Shown here one piece after another: positions 28,985 to 39,187 of a stretch of 64,000 nt of DNA (positions are counted from its first letter, which is position 1; every line of letters begins with the position of its first letter). Under the pieces are notes generated by a model. It was not told the DNA's origin. It saw only the letters and a list, made by a program, of their open reading frames with translations, and did not search any database. The position numbers and the translations under genes were made by a program. This DNA comes from Candidatus Gugararchaeum adminiculabundum (lineage in GTDB: Archaea > Micrarchaeota > Micrarchaeia > Burarchaeales > Gugararchaeaceae), in NCBI GenBank assembly GCA_902384795.1, contig CABMDC010000001.1, positions 7,375 to 71,374 of the forward strand, read 5' to 3'.

Positions 28985-31900
28985 ATGAATACGGGACGAA
29001 GTCAATGGGGTTTAGTTAACTTCAGGCACGGCTCAGTTAACCCGGGCTTGCTCGTCCTTGTTTGTGTTTTTATGCTCCTTAGCGTGAGCGCTGTCTCTGC
29101 AGTCACCTGGGAAAATTTCAAAGTTTTCAACAAAGGAAGTCCCCAGGGAATGCCCTATGCTTCAAACGGGCCCGGCTGTTCCATGGGCACCATGGGCGTT
29201 AATCCCCAGCCAGGGACTAACTGCCCCGGCAATAACCAAGTCTATGATTTGGGGGCCGTCTGGGTTGACATGGATGATACTTACGTCGCATGGATGATAA
29301 TGGCTCCGAACCTCACGAATGCCCAGTGGTGCAATCCTGCCGCGAGCCTGGGCAATCCTTTCACCTCGCCTCCCGGAGTTGGAATTGGAATTGAAATAGA
29401 TGTTGACAACAACATCTCAACCGGGTGCAACGCCAACAATACGGGCGCTCAAAACTGCTTCCCGGGTTCCGAGTACCAGGTATGGTTCTATGGGGACAAT
29501 ACCACTGCGTTCATGAAATACAACGCCAGCCTCGCGAGCTGCAGCTCCGGGGGCAGCTGTTTCTCGGTAAATAATTCTATTACCGTTTCAAAAAATATGT
29601 CCTGCGGCCCGTTCCCGTCAATTGTCATGCTTGCAGTAAACAGGTCAGCGCTCGTTGGCCTGAAGGGAACGAATTTCGAAGCGAATTCATTCGCAACCGG
29701 AGCCGGCCCAGTGGAGCACATGGGCGGCTATGGGCAGGAAAAGATGATGATGGGCGGCTCGCAGGATCCGATGATGATGGGCCAGACTCCTTGCATGGGT
29801 TTCACAACAAACGCGGCATGCACCAATGTCAGCATGAGCTACAAATGCACTTGGAATTCCAACTTCAATAAGTGCGAGCCGAATTTCGCGCTGGGCGGAG
29901 GAATGAACTGCAGTGATTTCTGCGGCATGTGCAATTCCACTGTCACCTGTCAGAATGGGGGAAGGGGCAAGTGCCAGATAGTAAACGCGCCTCCTTCGCC
30001 GCGGCCGCCAGACATGAGAGTATGGAGCGACAGCGGAGACAAGGTGTGTGTCGAGAACATGCAAACATTCCAAATGGGAACAGGGGGCTCAAGCGGGAGC
30101 TGTGATACGGATTGCAAGTTCTGCGCTTCTAGCTCAACCTGCTCGAACTCGCGTGTGCCCAACTCCATGGGGGGCGGAGCCGGATGCCAATGGGTTACTG
30201 ACCCGGTATTCGGAGGTTCGTGGTGCGACCTTGCAACTTTCAGCACAAACTCCCTCCGCTGCAGTGCCGCAAGCCCAGATCGGTGCCTGAACCAGACAGC
30301 ATGCCAGGGAGCCGCATTGACCTGGAGTGATGCAATAACCGGCAACAGCACAAACTGCACAAACATCGGGGGCTCTGTCAGCGGAAGCCACTGCTCCATT
30401 ATCCAGTGTTATACTCCTGGCCAGGAAATCTGCTATGATGGAATTGACAACAATAACAACAGCCTGATTGACTGCGCAGAGTCATCCTGCCAGCAAGATA
30501 AGTTCTGCGGAGGAGACATCAACATGCTAACCGATGCCACTGTGGTGGCGCGCGGAGGAGCAGACCTGACTAGGGGACAGGCAATGCAATTCCAGATGTT
30601 CAAGGACATGGACCCAAGCCCGCCAGTAATGCTCTACGGAATTGCTTCGACCCCGTCGGTAGCAGGGCACCTTGACATAACCGGATTTGACATAAAGGAC
30701 ATGGGCAATTCGCTTGCATTCGGCATAAAGGTGAGAAACTACACGAGCATCGAGTGCAGCGGCGGCTATGTGGGAACAGGTTCCTATTACTATTTACTCG
30801 ACACGGATAAGAACAGCTCAACAGGATGCATTGCGGACATTGCCGGCACGAACTACACCGGTTTTGAGTACAAATTAATCTATAATATATCCATGAACTC
30901 AAGCGGCGGCATTGTTGAAGTAAGGACAGCCGAGCGGTGCATGGGTGGGCAGTTTTTTGTGCAGCCAATCAAGCTCGCAGGCGCGCCAACCCCTCCTCCT
31001 GAAATGAACATGGGGAGCCAAAAAATGTCCTGCGTGTTCGGGGTTGCGCTGGTTGCAGTGGACAAAGTCGACATAGGAAATTCCTTATCCATCAGGATAA
31101 TGGCAGCGACTTCGGACAACACCACCACCCTGACAACTGCGAACAAGACAATACTCGGTCCGAACAACGGCGGAATGTATTACACTCCGGGAACAATCGA
31201 TTTCAAGCCGCAGGACTGTCAGTCAAACCCAACCGCCTGCGGAACAGCATTCAGCATGATCGGCGGCGGAAAATTCATGCCATTCGAAGACTGCATGAAG
31301 CCAGGCGACGAGGACATGAACAGCCTTTCTGACTGCGCCGACCCGGCATGCCAGTTTGCGCCATTCTGCGCAGGCAGATCCGGATCATTCAACTCAACCA
31401 CTGACACCTCCGCGCCAACCGTGCCAACTGCAAGGGCGGACACGTTCAAAGATTTCGTGTTCCTGCACTGGGTGACCAATGAGCCATCCAACGGAACAAT
31501 AAGCCTCTACGAATCATGCAGCGATGCAACGCCATTGAACTATTTCGTTGACATGCCTCCATCTGAATTCGACCGCTACAAGCCATGGCATGACTTTGGC
31601 ATAAGGAACCAGTCAACAGATTTCAACGGAGCTACCGTAGTCCTCGATTCCAACACCACCTATTATTACAAGCTGACTTCCTGCGACAGGGCAGGCAACT
31701 GCGCGGTTTCGGCATGCCTAAACTTCACTACAAAAGCAGGCTCGGCTTCCAGCGCAGTCCAATTCCAGTTTGATTTCACCCCGCCCGCAGACCCGCTAGT
31801 GAACGGCACCACCATGAAGATATGGAACGGCACCGCCTACCAGAACATAACCGCAGGGCAGCTCACAAACCAGAGTTCCTATCTCCAGAACGCAACGCTG

Positions 31901-34579
31901 AAATTCGACCATCCCGGCACGGGTTCCAACAACTGGTCGATTGCAATCGGCGGAATCGATCTTGCGCAGGCTACATCCATGGATCTTTCCGAGGCTTTCA
32001 ACGCAACCAATGAGAGCGGCCACATCTATGTCGGCATGGACAACAACAAGTGGCTCGAGCTGGCGCAGACGCTCGGCCCGGAAAACATAACCATAACAAT
32101 TCCGGAAGGCAGCAATGGGCTCATAAAATGCCAGACCGACAACATGAGCAATTGCGCCGATGTCACCGGAAACGCGACAAAGGTTGCCGGAGGAGATGGC
32201 TACAACTACACCACCTGGGAAATACCCATAGGATTAGGCTTCTCGGTTTACGGGGCGAACTCATCAGATGTTGATGCGCCTTATTGGGAATCGCTTACAG
32301 TCTCCCCGGGCAATGTAATCAACTACTCCACTGGCCAGACGATCAACCTAAGCATAAAATGGACAGACGAGTCATCTGACCTGGATGCCGTACTAATAGA
32401 GTTCAACGGAACGAACTACACCATGAATGGGGGAGGAAGCGGAACGTACTACAGCTACACGAACGCAACGCTTGCCGCAGGCAACTACACCTACGAGTTC
32501 TTTGTGAACGACACCCAGGGCAATATGAACAACACGGACGAGTTTGCCCTGATTATAACAAAGAACACAAGCAGCTGCTCAGTTTCAACCGCAAGTTCCA
32601 CGCTCACCTACCCCAACCCTGTTCTCGTCACTGCATCTTGCAGTGATCCGACTGCCAAGCTTTACCGGAATGCGACAGTTCAGTCCAACATGACCTACCT
32701 ATTGCTCGGGGCTGGCGACTACGTTCTTGTGGTAAACACCACTGACAGGACCAACTTCACCATCGCAACGGCTTCGGCCTATGTTAATGTGAGCAAAGGA
32801 ATTCCAACTCTCTACCAAAACAGTTCTGCTGGCTGGAGCATAGCATACACTACGGCAACTACCCTGAGTGCAGGCGGATGCCCTGGCACTGGCGCCGCCG
32901 CCATCACCTGCAACCTGACCCTAAACGACACTAACATGGGAGTGAGCAGCTTGCTCATAAACATTACAAATGCAACAGGAGTATACGCCATCGGGGTCAC
33001 TTCCTCTGGCAATGAGAACTGGTCCGCAACCACCAGCACGCCAACCGATTTGACTATAACCAAGGCAACAATGCCGCTGTATCTCTATATAGACGGTTAC
33101 CAGCTGAACAAGGCAATAAACATCAGCACCAATTCCACCATCACCGGCTCAAAGCCCTATGACGAAGGGATTCTCGACCTTTACATAAACGGAACAGTGG
33201 CAGCTACGCCCGGAGCATCCCTCTCCAACAACTCCAATTACACTTCCGCTGGCACCTACAACCTAACCCTGGTCTACAACGCAACGGAGAATTTCACTGC
33301 CTCCTCAGCAACGCGCTATCTCACAGTATACGACTTCACTCCAGCCGCCGGGCAGGTTATAGTGACCAGTGAAACGCCAGAAGTCACTGTGGATTCCAGC
33401 ACCACGGAAGTGATAGTTACCGACACCTCTTCACTGGAGGACGTGACCATACCCTCAACCATTACCTCGACAACGGAAGTTTCGCTGGTCTACTCGTTTG
33501 TTTCCGAAACAAACGGGGCGGATACGGATGTGACCGTGGGAACAGATTTCAATGTAAGCCGCAGTACCTCAACTGTCAACTATACCCTAGAAATACCCGC
33601 AAACACCACCATCTCCGGAACCGGCTGGGACGGGGTGTTGCTCCTGCCCACGGTTAAGGCGGTCACCACCGTGACCATAAGTGCGCCAAGCGGCTACACG
33701 CAAACGACTTCGCAAGTCATTGAAATAGGCTCCACCTCCGTGCCCCTGACCTTTGACAAGGGGGTGAGAATAGTAATGTCCGGCCAGGCCAATAAGAGCG
33801 TTGGCTACACCAGCGCAGGCAGCAGCACCTTTACCGAGATAACCGCAAACTGCTCTGTAGACACGCAGGAAAATGCGGATGAGAATTTGAGCATAGGCGG
33901 AGTATCCGCGTGCAAGATCAATTCAGGCTCTGATTTGGTTGTATGGACCAAGCACTTTACAAAATTCGCCACCTACACTCTGTCGGCCTCAACTCCGCAC
34001 ACCACGCCCACTCCGCCAACTACCTATTCCAACACCGGCGGTTCGAGCCTGGGATACACTTACCCGCCTGTTGTTACGCCTCCGCTAGTTGTTACTACGC
34101 CTCCGCCCGAGGCGCCTCCGGAGCAGCCTCCAGCCCAGCCTCCGGCAGTGCAGCCCCCGGCGAACGTTCCGCCAGCAGCGCCCTCGACTTCCACTGTTGC
34201 GCAACAGGAAATAACAAATGCTGAAACGCAAATAGCAGCCGCCCTGAAAAAGGGTAATGATATCTCCGTTGCAAACACGAAATTAGCATCGGCAAAAGCG
34301 GCGTTTGCAAACAAGGACTATCTGCAAGCAAAGGAGCTCGCGCAGGAAGCGGCGCAGCTTGCCTTGAATTCCAAGTTCGCGGCCCCGCCGAAAACCACGC
34401 CCCCGGCTGCAAACATCAGCGGGAACGCATCAGCAACACCGGTCGCGCCTGAAAGCAGCGGCCTGAGTTTCACTGACATGCTCGTAATCGGCGCAGTCGT
34501 CCTGGTAGCAATACTGGCAGCTGTCTGGGCGCTCTTCCTGCGGAAACAGCCGGAGGCCCAGGTGCCGCCTCAAAACTAG
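28985..34579 (+). CDS. giant surface protein (1864 aa): Cys-rich N-terminal region, FN3/Ig-like domains, very dense N-glycosylation sequons, Pro-rich stalk, helical segment, C-terminal TM anchor
   Basis: Signal peptide; an FN3-like segment (VFLHWVTNEPSNGTISLY...TTYYYKLTSCDRAGN); C-terminus PPVVTPPLVVTTPPPEAPPEQPPAQPP...DYLQAKELAQEAAQLALNSKF...AVVLVAILAAVWALFLRKQ. Confidence 0.8.
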   Translation: MNTGRSQWGLVNFRHGSVNPGLLVLVCVFMLLSVSAVSAVTWENFKVFNKGSPQGMPYASNGPGCSMGTMGVNPQPGTNCPGNNQVYDLGAVWVDMDDTYVAWMIMAPNLTNAQWCNPAASLGNPFTSPPGVGIGIEIDVDNNISTGCNANNTGAQNCFPGSEYQVWFYGDNTTAFMKYNASLASCSSGGSCFSVNNSITVSKNMSCGPFPSIVMLAVNRSALVGLKGTNFEANSFATGAGPVEHMGGYGQEKMMMGGSQDPMMMGQTPCMGFTTNAACTNVSMSYKCTWNSNFNKCEPNFALGGGMNCSDFCGMCNSTVTCQNGGRGKCQIVNAPPSPRPPDMRVWSDSGDKVCVENMQTFQMGTGGSSGSCDTDCKFCASSSTCSNSRVPNSMGGGAGCQWVTDPVFGGSWCDLATFSTNSLRCSAASPDRCLNQTACQGAALTWSDAITGNSTNCTNIGGSVSGSHCSIIQCYTPGQEICYDGIDNNNNSLIDCAESSCQQDKFCGGDINMLTDATVVARGGADLTRGQAMQFQMFKDMDPSPPVMLYGIASTPSVAGHLDITGFDIKDMGNSLAFGIKVRNYTSIECSGGYVGTGSYYYLLDTDKNSSTGCIADIAGTNYTGFEYKLIYNISMNSSGGIVEVRTAERCMGGQFFVQPIKLAGAPTPPPEMNMGSQKMSCVFGVALVAVDKVDIGNSLSIRIMAATSDNTTTLTTANKTILGPNNGGMYYTPGTIDFKPQDCQSNPTACGTAFSMIGGGKFMPFEDCMKPGDEDMNSLSDCADPACQFAPFCAGRSGSFNSTTDTSAPTVPTARADTFKDFVFLHWVTNEPSNGTISLYESCSDATPLNYFVDMPPSEFDRYKPWHDFGIRNQSTDFNGATVVLDSNTTYYYKLTSCDRAGNCAVSACLNFTTKAGSASSAVQFQFDFTPPADPLVNGTTMKIWNGTAYQNITAGQLTNQSSYLQNATLKFDHPGTGSNNWSIAIGGIDLAQATSMDLSEAFNATNESGHIYVGMDNNKWLELAQTLGPENITITIPEGSNGLIKCQTDNMSNCADVTGNATKVAGGDGYNYTTWEIPIGLGFSVYGANSSDVDAPYWESLTVSPGNVINYSTGQTINLSIKWTDESSDLDAVLIEFNGTNYTMNGGGSGTYYSYTNATLAAGNYTYEFFVNDTQGNMNNTDEFALIITKNTSSCSVSTASSTLTYPNPVLVTASCSDPTAKLYRNATVQSNMTYLLLGAGDYVLVVNTTDRTNFTIATASAYVNVSKGIPTLYQNSSAGWSIAYTTATTLSAGGCPGTGAAAITCNLTLNDTNMGVSSLLINITNATGVYAIGVTSSGNENWSATTSTPTDLTITKATMPLYLYIDGYQLNKAINISTNSTITGSKPYDEGILDLYINGTVAATPGASLSNNSNYTSAGTYNLTLVYNATENFTASSATRYLTVYDFTPAAGQVIVTSETPEVTVDSSTTEVIVTDTSSLEDVTIPSTITSTTEVSLVYSFVSETNGADTDVTVGTDFNVSRSTSTVNYTLEIPANTTISGTGWDGVLLLPTVKAVTTVTISAPSGYTQTTSQVIEIGSTSVPLTFDKGVRIVMSGQANKSVGYTSAGSSTFTEITANCSVDTQENADENLSIGGVSACKINSGSDLVVWTKHFTKFATYTLSASTPHTTPTPPTTYSNTGGSSLGYTYPPVVTPPLVVTTPPPEAPPEQPPAQPPAVQPPANVPPAAPSTSTVAQQEITNAETQIAAALKKGNDISVANTKLASAKAAFANKDYLQAKELAQEAAQLALNSKFAAPPKTTPPAANISGNASATPVAPESSGLSFTDMLVIGAVVLVAILAAVWALFLRKQPEAQVPPQN
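34060..34579 (+). other. C-terminal Pro-rich stalk + Ala/Gln-rich helical segment + TM anchor module (copy 2)
   Basis: Paralogous to 22496-22993. Confidence 0.6.
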
Positions 34580-34700
34580 GGGCGCAGTTTTTTTCTTTTT
34601 CTTTTTTCTTCCCTGTTTCTATTTTCCTCTCTTCCCATTTTCCATTCTATTTTCTTTTTTCCATTTTTTCTTTTATCCCTATTTTTCTTTTTTCGCCCAG
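34580..34700 (+). terminator. polypyrimidine (T/C) tract of about 120 nt, a probable oligo-T archaeal terminator region, followed by a TATA box (tttaaat, 34714-34720) for the ABC-2 operon
   Basis: The stretch tttttttctttttcttttttcttccctgtttctattttcctctcttcccattttcc... is almost purine-free on the + strand. Confidence 0.5.
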
Positions 34701-34739
34701 TGTGAAATGCATTTAAATCCCACCAAGTCATAGCATAGC

Positions 34740-35702
34740 ATGGAATTTGCGCTTGAGGCAGAGGGCCTTACCAAAGTCTACCAGGGCAAGGTCGTGCTCT
34801 ACAATTTTTCGCTAAATATAAGGAAGGGCGAGATACTGGGCCTTCTGGGGCCAAACGGCGCAGGAAAAAGCACTTTCATCAGGATTATTTCAGGCCTTGA
34901 GGAACCCGATTCCGGCATCCTGAAAATTCTCGGGGAGCGCGCAGGAAAAATCGGCAGGAGGAAAATCGGAGTCGCGCCCCAGGAAAACGCGCTCTACCCG
35001 CTTCTCACCTGCACTGAAAACCTCCTATACTTCGGCTCGCTCTACGGAATTGGCGGAAAACTGGCGCGCGAGCGCGCAGCCCAGCTTCTTGACAATCTCG
35101 GTCTGGAGAAAAAGAAAAACGTCCCATGCCAATTTCTCAGCGGAGGCATGAAGCGCAGGCTCAATCTCGCGTGCGCGCTCATGCACGAGCCGGAAATCAT
35201 AATTCTCGACGAGCCGACAACAGGGCTTGACCCTGCAACGCGCGTGCAGATGTGGAAAACAGTGCAGGAGATTGTGCGGAAAACCGGGGCTACGCTGCTT
35301 CTCACCACCCATTACATCGAGGAAGCCGAAGCTCTTTGCAGCAGGATCGCGTTCATCAATTCCGGGCAGGTTGTCGCGGAAGGCACTCCCAACGAGCTCA
35401 AGCGCCGCGTGGGAAAGGAGCTTGCAAAACTCACAACAATTCCCGGAGCTCCTGACAAGCTCATCGCAATAATAAAAAAAATAAACGGAATTGACGCCGT
35501 CACGGCCACGGAGCACGGAGTAGTAATCGAAGGCAATGAAATCTCCTCCAAGCTGCCGGAAATTTCCAAGGCGCTTGAAAAAAGCGGGGAAACAATCGTG
35601 GAACTGTCGCTTTCGCGGCCTTCGCTTGAGGACGTGTTCCTGACCATGACCGGCTCGAAACTCAGAGAGGTAGTTGCTGTTGAACCTGCTAAGCGAAATT
35701 AA
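34740..35702 (+). CDS. ABC transporter ATP-binding protein (ABC-2/DrrA-like)
   Basis: Walker A GPNGAGKST, signature LSGGMKRRLNLA, Walker B IIILDEPTTGLD. Confidence 0.85.
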   Translation: MEFALEAEGLTKVYQGKVVLYNFSLNIRKGEILGLLGPNGAGKSTFIRIISGLEEPDSGILKILGERAGKIGRRKIGVAPQENALYPLLTCTENLLYFGSLYGIGGKLARERAAQLLDNLGLEKKKNVPCQFLSGGMKRRLNLACALMHEPEIIILDEPTTGLDPATRVQMWKTVQEIVRKTGATLLLTTHYIEEAEALCSRIAFINSGQVVAEGTPNELKRRVGKELAKLTTIPGAPDKLIAIIKKINGIDAVTATEHGVVIEGNEISSKLPEISKALEKSGETIVELSLSRPSLEDVFLTMTGSKLREVVAVEPAKRN

Positions 35703-37524
35703 AAAAGACGGAAAGCAGTTCCTGCGCGAGCGCCGCACGCTTCTTCTTATGGTAATAGCCCCGCTGCTGGTGCTCCTCATCATGTCCGCGATTTTCAGCG
35801 GAAACTCCACCCAGGTCAACACGGTTGCCATTGGCGTATGCGACCTTGACCAGAGCAATGCCTCACAATTTTTCATAAGCGGCATGGAGAACAGCAGCCA
35901 GGTGCGTGCCTATTCCGCAGGAAAAGGCTGCGAGGCGCTTCTCAAAAAAGAGGTGACCGAAGGCAGGCTTGCGGCAGGCATCGTGCTGCCCGAGGGATTC
36001 GAGGCCGGCATCACGCTGGGCGCCACGCAGAACATTTCCATGTACCTGGACAACTCGCGCTTCCAGGTTTCCCCTTCAATAGAGGCGTTCGTGAAAGCGG
36101 CGGTCCAGGACACCGACCAGCGGATCGGCGCGCAGTTCATAGGCTCGGTCTGGGAGCGCCTTGGCACTGCGGACGCCAAGCTCGCGCAGATGCTCGTGGA
36201 CATCAACAATACGCGCACCAGGGCGCAGGACATGAAAAAGAGCCTTCAGAAAACAGCGGATTCGCTGAATTCGCTCAACCTAAGCGGCGTGAGAAACGAG
36301 ATTTATGCCGCGAACAGCACGGTGCTGGGCGCCGTCTCCTCGCTGGACATCGCGCAAAGCAATCTCACAAAAATAGAATCGGATTTCGCAGGCTACGATG
36401 CAACGCTCAACCAGACCGAATCGGACTTGCTTGGTATAAATTCCAGCCTGGCGAACATCAGCGGCTACATCTCCGGTGCGAAAGCCGGGGCGAACTGCAG
36501 CGACCTTGCGTTTTTCGCCTATTGCCTGTCCATCGATTCGCTCAACGGCAGCGTCGCATCCTCGCAGCAGTCCATCGAGCTGCGCATAGAAAAGGTGCGG
36601 GCAGCGCGCCAGTCCCTTGCGGCCGCCAATGGGACAATACAGGATTTCAAGGCTAACATAGCAACTGCGCGCGGCGGCGCATCGGACGCAGAAGTAAGAA
36701 TCAACAACATGCTCGGCTTTGTGAGCCAGCTCGAGCTGAACCGCCAGGAGGCGCTGAACACCATCGCGGATGTTGACGCCTCCCTTGGCCAGATAACGCA
36801 GAAGACCTACGAGTTCGAGAACATAATTGCCGACAGCAGGAATCAGATACGCGAAATAACCTCGCGCTCGCCCGAATCCATCATCTCGCCCATGCTGGTC
36901 ACATCCAATCATCTGTTCGGCAACCGGCCGTTCTTTGATTTCATGCTTCCGAGCCTTCTCCCGCTAATCCTGATGTTCATCGCGCTGTTCCTCGCATCGA
37001 CTTCGCTGGTGCGCGAAAAGAACAGCGGCACGCTCACGCGCGTTTACGTTTCCCAGGTGAATTCATTCGAGTACGCGGCAGTGAAAGTGATCAGCTATTC
37101 CGTTGTCCTTCTCCCCGGCGCATTGCTGCTCGCCCTGGTCGCGTCCGTCCTCTACGGCGCGTTTCCGCCCCTGGACGCAGGCGCGTGGTTCCTGGTAATG
37201 CAGGCCCTCATCCTGCTCACGCTCACATTCGTTGCGCTCGGGGTCCTGATAGCCGTCCATTCGGAATCCGAGTCCACCGCATTCCTGGCTTCGCTGGTGG
37301 TCGGGCTGCCCATGTTATTTTTGGGAGGGCTCCTATTCCCGTTCGAATTCATGCCCCCGCTTGTCGCCCTATGCGGCATGGCTTCCCCTCTCACCCAGGC
37401 GGTGCTCAGCATGCAGGCCGCGCTGGTGTACCATTCTCCTCAGATTGCAAGCTCCATCGTGCTTCTGCTCTATGCCTCAGTGCTGACCCTGCTGGTCGGA
37501 CTGTCTGTGAAAAAAAGCAGCTAG
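35674..37524 (+). CDS. ABC-2 family permease with a large extracellular coiled domain (YhgE/Pip-like)
   Basis: N-terminal TM, an extracytoplasmic region of about 380 aa, C-terminal 5-6 TM ABC-2 domain; overlaps the ATPase gene by 29 nt. Confidence 0.7.
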   Translation: MLLNLLSEIKKDGKQFLRERRTLLLMVIAPLLVLLIMSAIFSGNSTQVNTVAIGVCDLDQSNASQFFISGMENSSQVRAYSAGKGCEALLKKEVTEGRLAAGIVLPEGFEAGITLGATQNISMYLDNSRFQVSPSIEAFVKAAVQDTDQRIGAQFIGSVWERLGTADAKLAQMLVDINNTRTRAQDMKKSLQKTADSLNSLNLSGVRNEIYAANSTVLGAVSSLDIAQSNLTKIESDFAGYDATLNQTESDLLGINSSLANISGYISGAKAGANCSDLAFFAYCLSIDSLNGSVASSQQSIELRIEKVRAARQSLAAANGTIQDFKANIATARGGASDAEVRINNMLGFVSQLELNRQEALNTIADVDASLGQITQKTYEFENIIADSRNQIREITSRSPESIISPMLVTSNHLFGNRPFFDFMLPSLLPLILMFIALFLASTSLVREKNSGTLTRVYVSQVNSFEYAAVKVISYSVVLLPGALLLALVASVLYGAFPPLDAGAWFLVMQALILLTLTFVALGVLIAVHSESESTAFLASLVVGLPMLFLGGLLFPFEFMPPLVALCGMASPLTQAVLSMQAALVYHSPQIASSIVLLLYASVLTLLVGLSVKKSS

Positions 37525-37576
37525 CGCCATTGCCACCAACCATTTAAAAACGAGGAGCGAATAATACTCGAAAGCA

Positions 37577-38143
37577 GTGATTGATTTGATGATCGCAAGC
37601 CCGGTATACCATTCACCAAGATTATACGAGCTGACCATACGCCTAATGCATTCCAAGGACAGGTACGCAAAACTCGCAGGCCTGGCAGGCACCCGCAAAG
37701 TGCTGGAGCTCGGATGCGGAACCGGGCAGATGTCCAAGTACTTCAATGGAAACTATTTGGGAATAGACCTCAACAAGCGCTTTGTGAATTACGGCAGGCG
37801 CAGGGGCAGGAACCTGCAGGTTGCGGACATCCACGATTTCAACAAATTCGACTGCGAGGTCATACTAGTGTGCGACCTTCTCCATCACCTGCCGCACCAC
37901 AAGGAATTCCTCAGGGCGCTGATAACCTCCGGAAAAGAGATAATCGTTTCCGAGCCCTTCAAGCAGTTCCCCAGTATCCTGGACCCGCTATTCGCTGCCC
38001 TGGACGGCGATGGAATAAATGACCTGGGAAAAGTGAAATGGTTCGGCAAGGACATGCTGATGCAGGAATTCAGGGAAAAAAATGCGGACGAAATAATAGA
38101 GATGAAAAACAACATCATCGCTGTGTTTAACAAAAAGAAATAG
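37577..38143 (+). CDS. class I SAM-dependent methyltransferase
   Basis: Motif I VLELGCGTGQ. Confidence 0.75.
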   Translation: MIDLMIASPVYHSPRLYELTIRLMHSKDRYAKLAGLAGTRKVLELGCGTGQMSKYFNGNYLGIDLNKRFVNYGRRRGRNLQVADIHDFNKFDCEVILVCDLLHHLPHHKEFLRALITSGKEIIVSEPFKQFPSILDPLFAALDGDGINDLGKVKWFGKDMLMQEFREKNADEIIEMKNNIIAVFNKKK

Positions 38144-38207
38144 CTTCTTAGCTACATACTTCAACACTATCGCTACCATTTATAAACTTCCAATCCGTAA
38201 TCCCAGC

Positions 38208-39083
38208 ATGCTCGTTCCAATCCCTCCCTTAGAATCGCGCAAATCCCTTTCACCCGGCTTGCGTGTTTCGCTCTTGCGCAATTTTGCGAAGGAAACATGC
38301 GCCCAATGCGGAGGCTTCTGCTGCGGCAGTGCGATGCAGGAAAACAACCGGCGGCAAGTTCTCGGGCTGCTCACAGACAAAGATTTTCGTGCCCGGTTTA
38401 TGGAAGATATAAGCGATGTCGCTAGCAATTCTGGCCGCTTCGAAAAGCCAGACGCAAAGGCCGTGGTCGAGACCCTAATCCAAGCCAAATTGGTAGACGT
38501 GATAAACGTCAATCCTGAAATGGAAGCAAAGGGGATTGCGGAAGAATTCCTTGGACTGCTTAGGGATAAATTCGGCCTCATGCGGCTGTTCAACTGCTTT
38601 TTCCACGCCCAGACCGGCTGCCTGGCACAGGAGTACAGGCCGCCCAGCTGCTATCATCTTCAGTGCTCTGCACAAGGCTTAGAAAATTTCATCCTATCCC
38701 TTACTCCTTTCGAATTCCTCCTGCTGAACCTTATTCCAGCAAGCCCCGAGAAAATTCTCCTCCAGGCAGAATTCATGGGCAGGTTCAAACCGTTCCGCGA
38801 GCAGAGAATATTTCTGTGCGACAAACCCTCCCTGATAGCAGAGGAAGTTCAGCTGCGCGTGTCAGGGAAACCGGGTTTTGCTATTCATGTCGCAGATGCG
38901 CAGGAAGCAGCTAACCCCATCCTCAGGCATAACATGATAATAGATGCCGAACCGCTCTGCATTGTTGCCCCCTGGAGCGAGACTATGGTGCATTTCGCCG
39001 GCCAGTTGGACTCAGATGTTATCGATTCAGGTGCCAAATTCGCCACGAAGCTAGCAAGCGGCCAGGTATTTGTGATAAACTAA
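38208..39083 (+). CDS. hypothetical protein with an N-terminal Cys cluster
   Basis: 291-aa ORF (CAQCGGFCCG); no recognised family; the start is uncertain. Confidence 0.4.
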   Translation: MLVPIPPLESRKSLSPGLRVSLLRNFAKETCAQCGGFCCGSAMQENNRRQVLGLLTDKDFRARFMEDISDVASNSGRFEKPDAKAVVETLIQAKLVDVINVNPEMEAKGIAEEFLGLLRDKFGLMRLFNCFFHAQTGCLAQEYRPPSCYHLQCSAQGLENFILSLTPFEFLLLNLIPASPEKILLQAEFMGRFKPFREQRIFLCDKPSLIAEEVQLRVSGKPGFAIHVADAQEAANPILRHNMIIDAEPLCIVAPWSETMVHFAGQLDSDVIDSGAKFATKLASGQVFVIN

Positions 39084-39187
39084 AAACCTCTTTTTCTCCC
39101 TGCAAATTACGATTATTGTTCGGCATTCCCAGAACAAAAACACAAAAGACATAAGCCCGGCATTGCCCATCTATTGCTGGTGATTAT

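Noticed and set aside
35025-36912. Minus-strand ORFs overlapping the ABC-2 ATPase and permease genes (35025-35885, 36280-36912)
   Set aside because: They are antisense to genes with Walker/signature motifs; the translations are Arg/Cys-rich noise.
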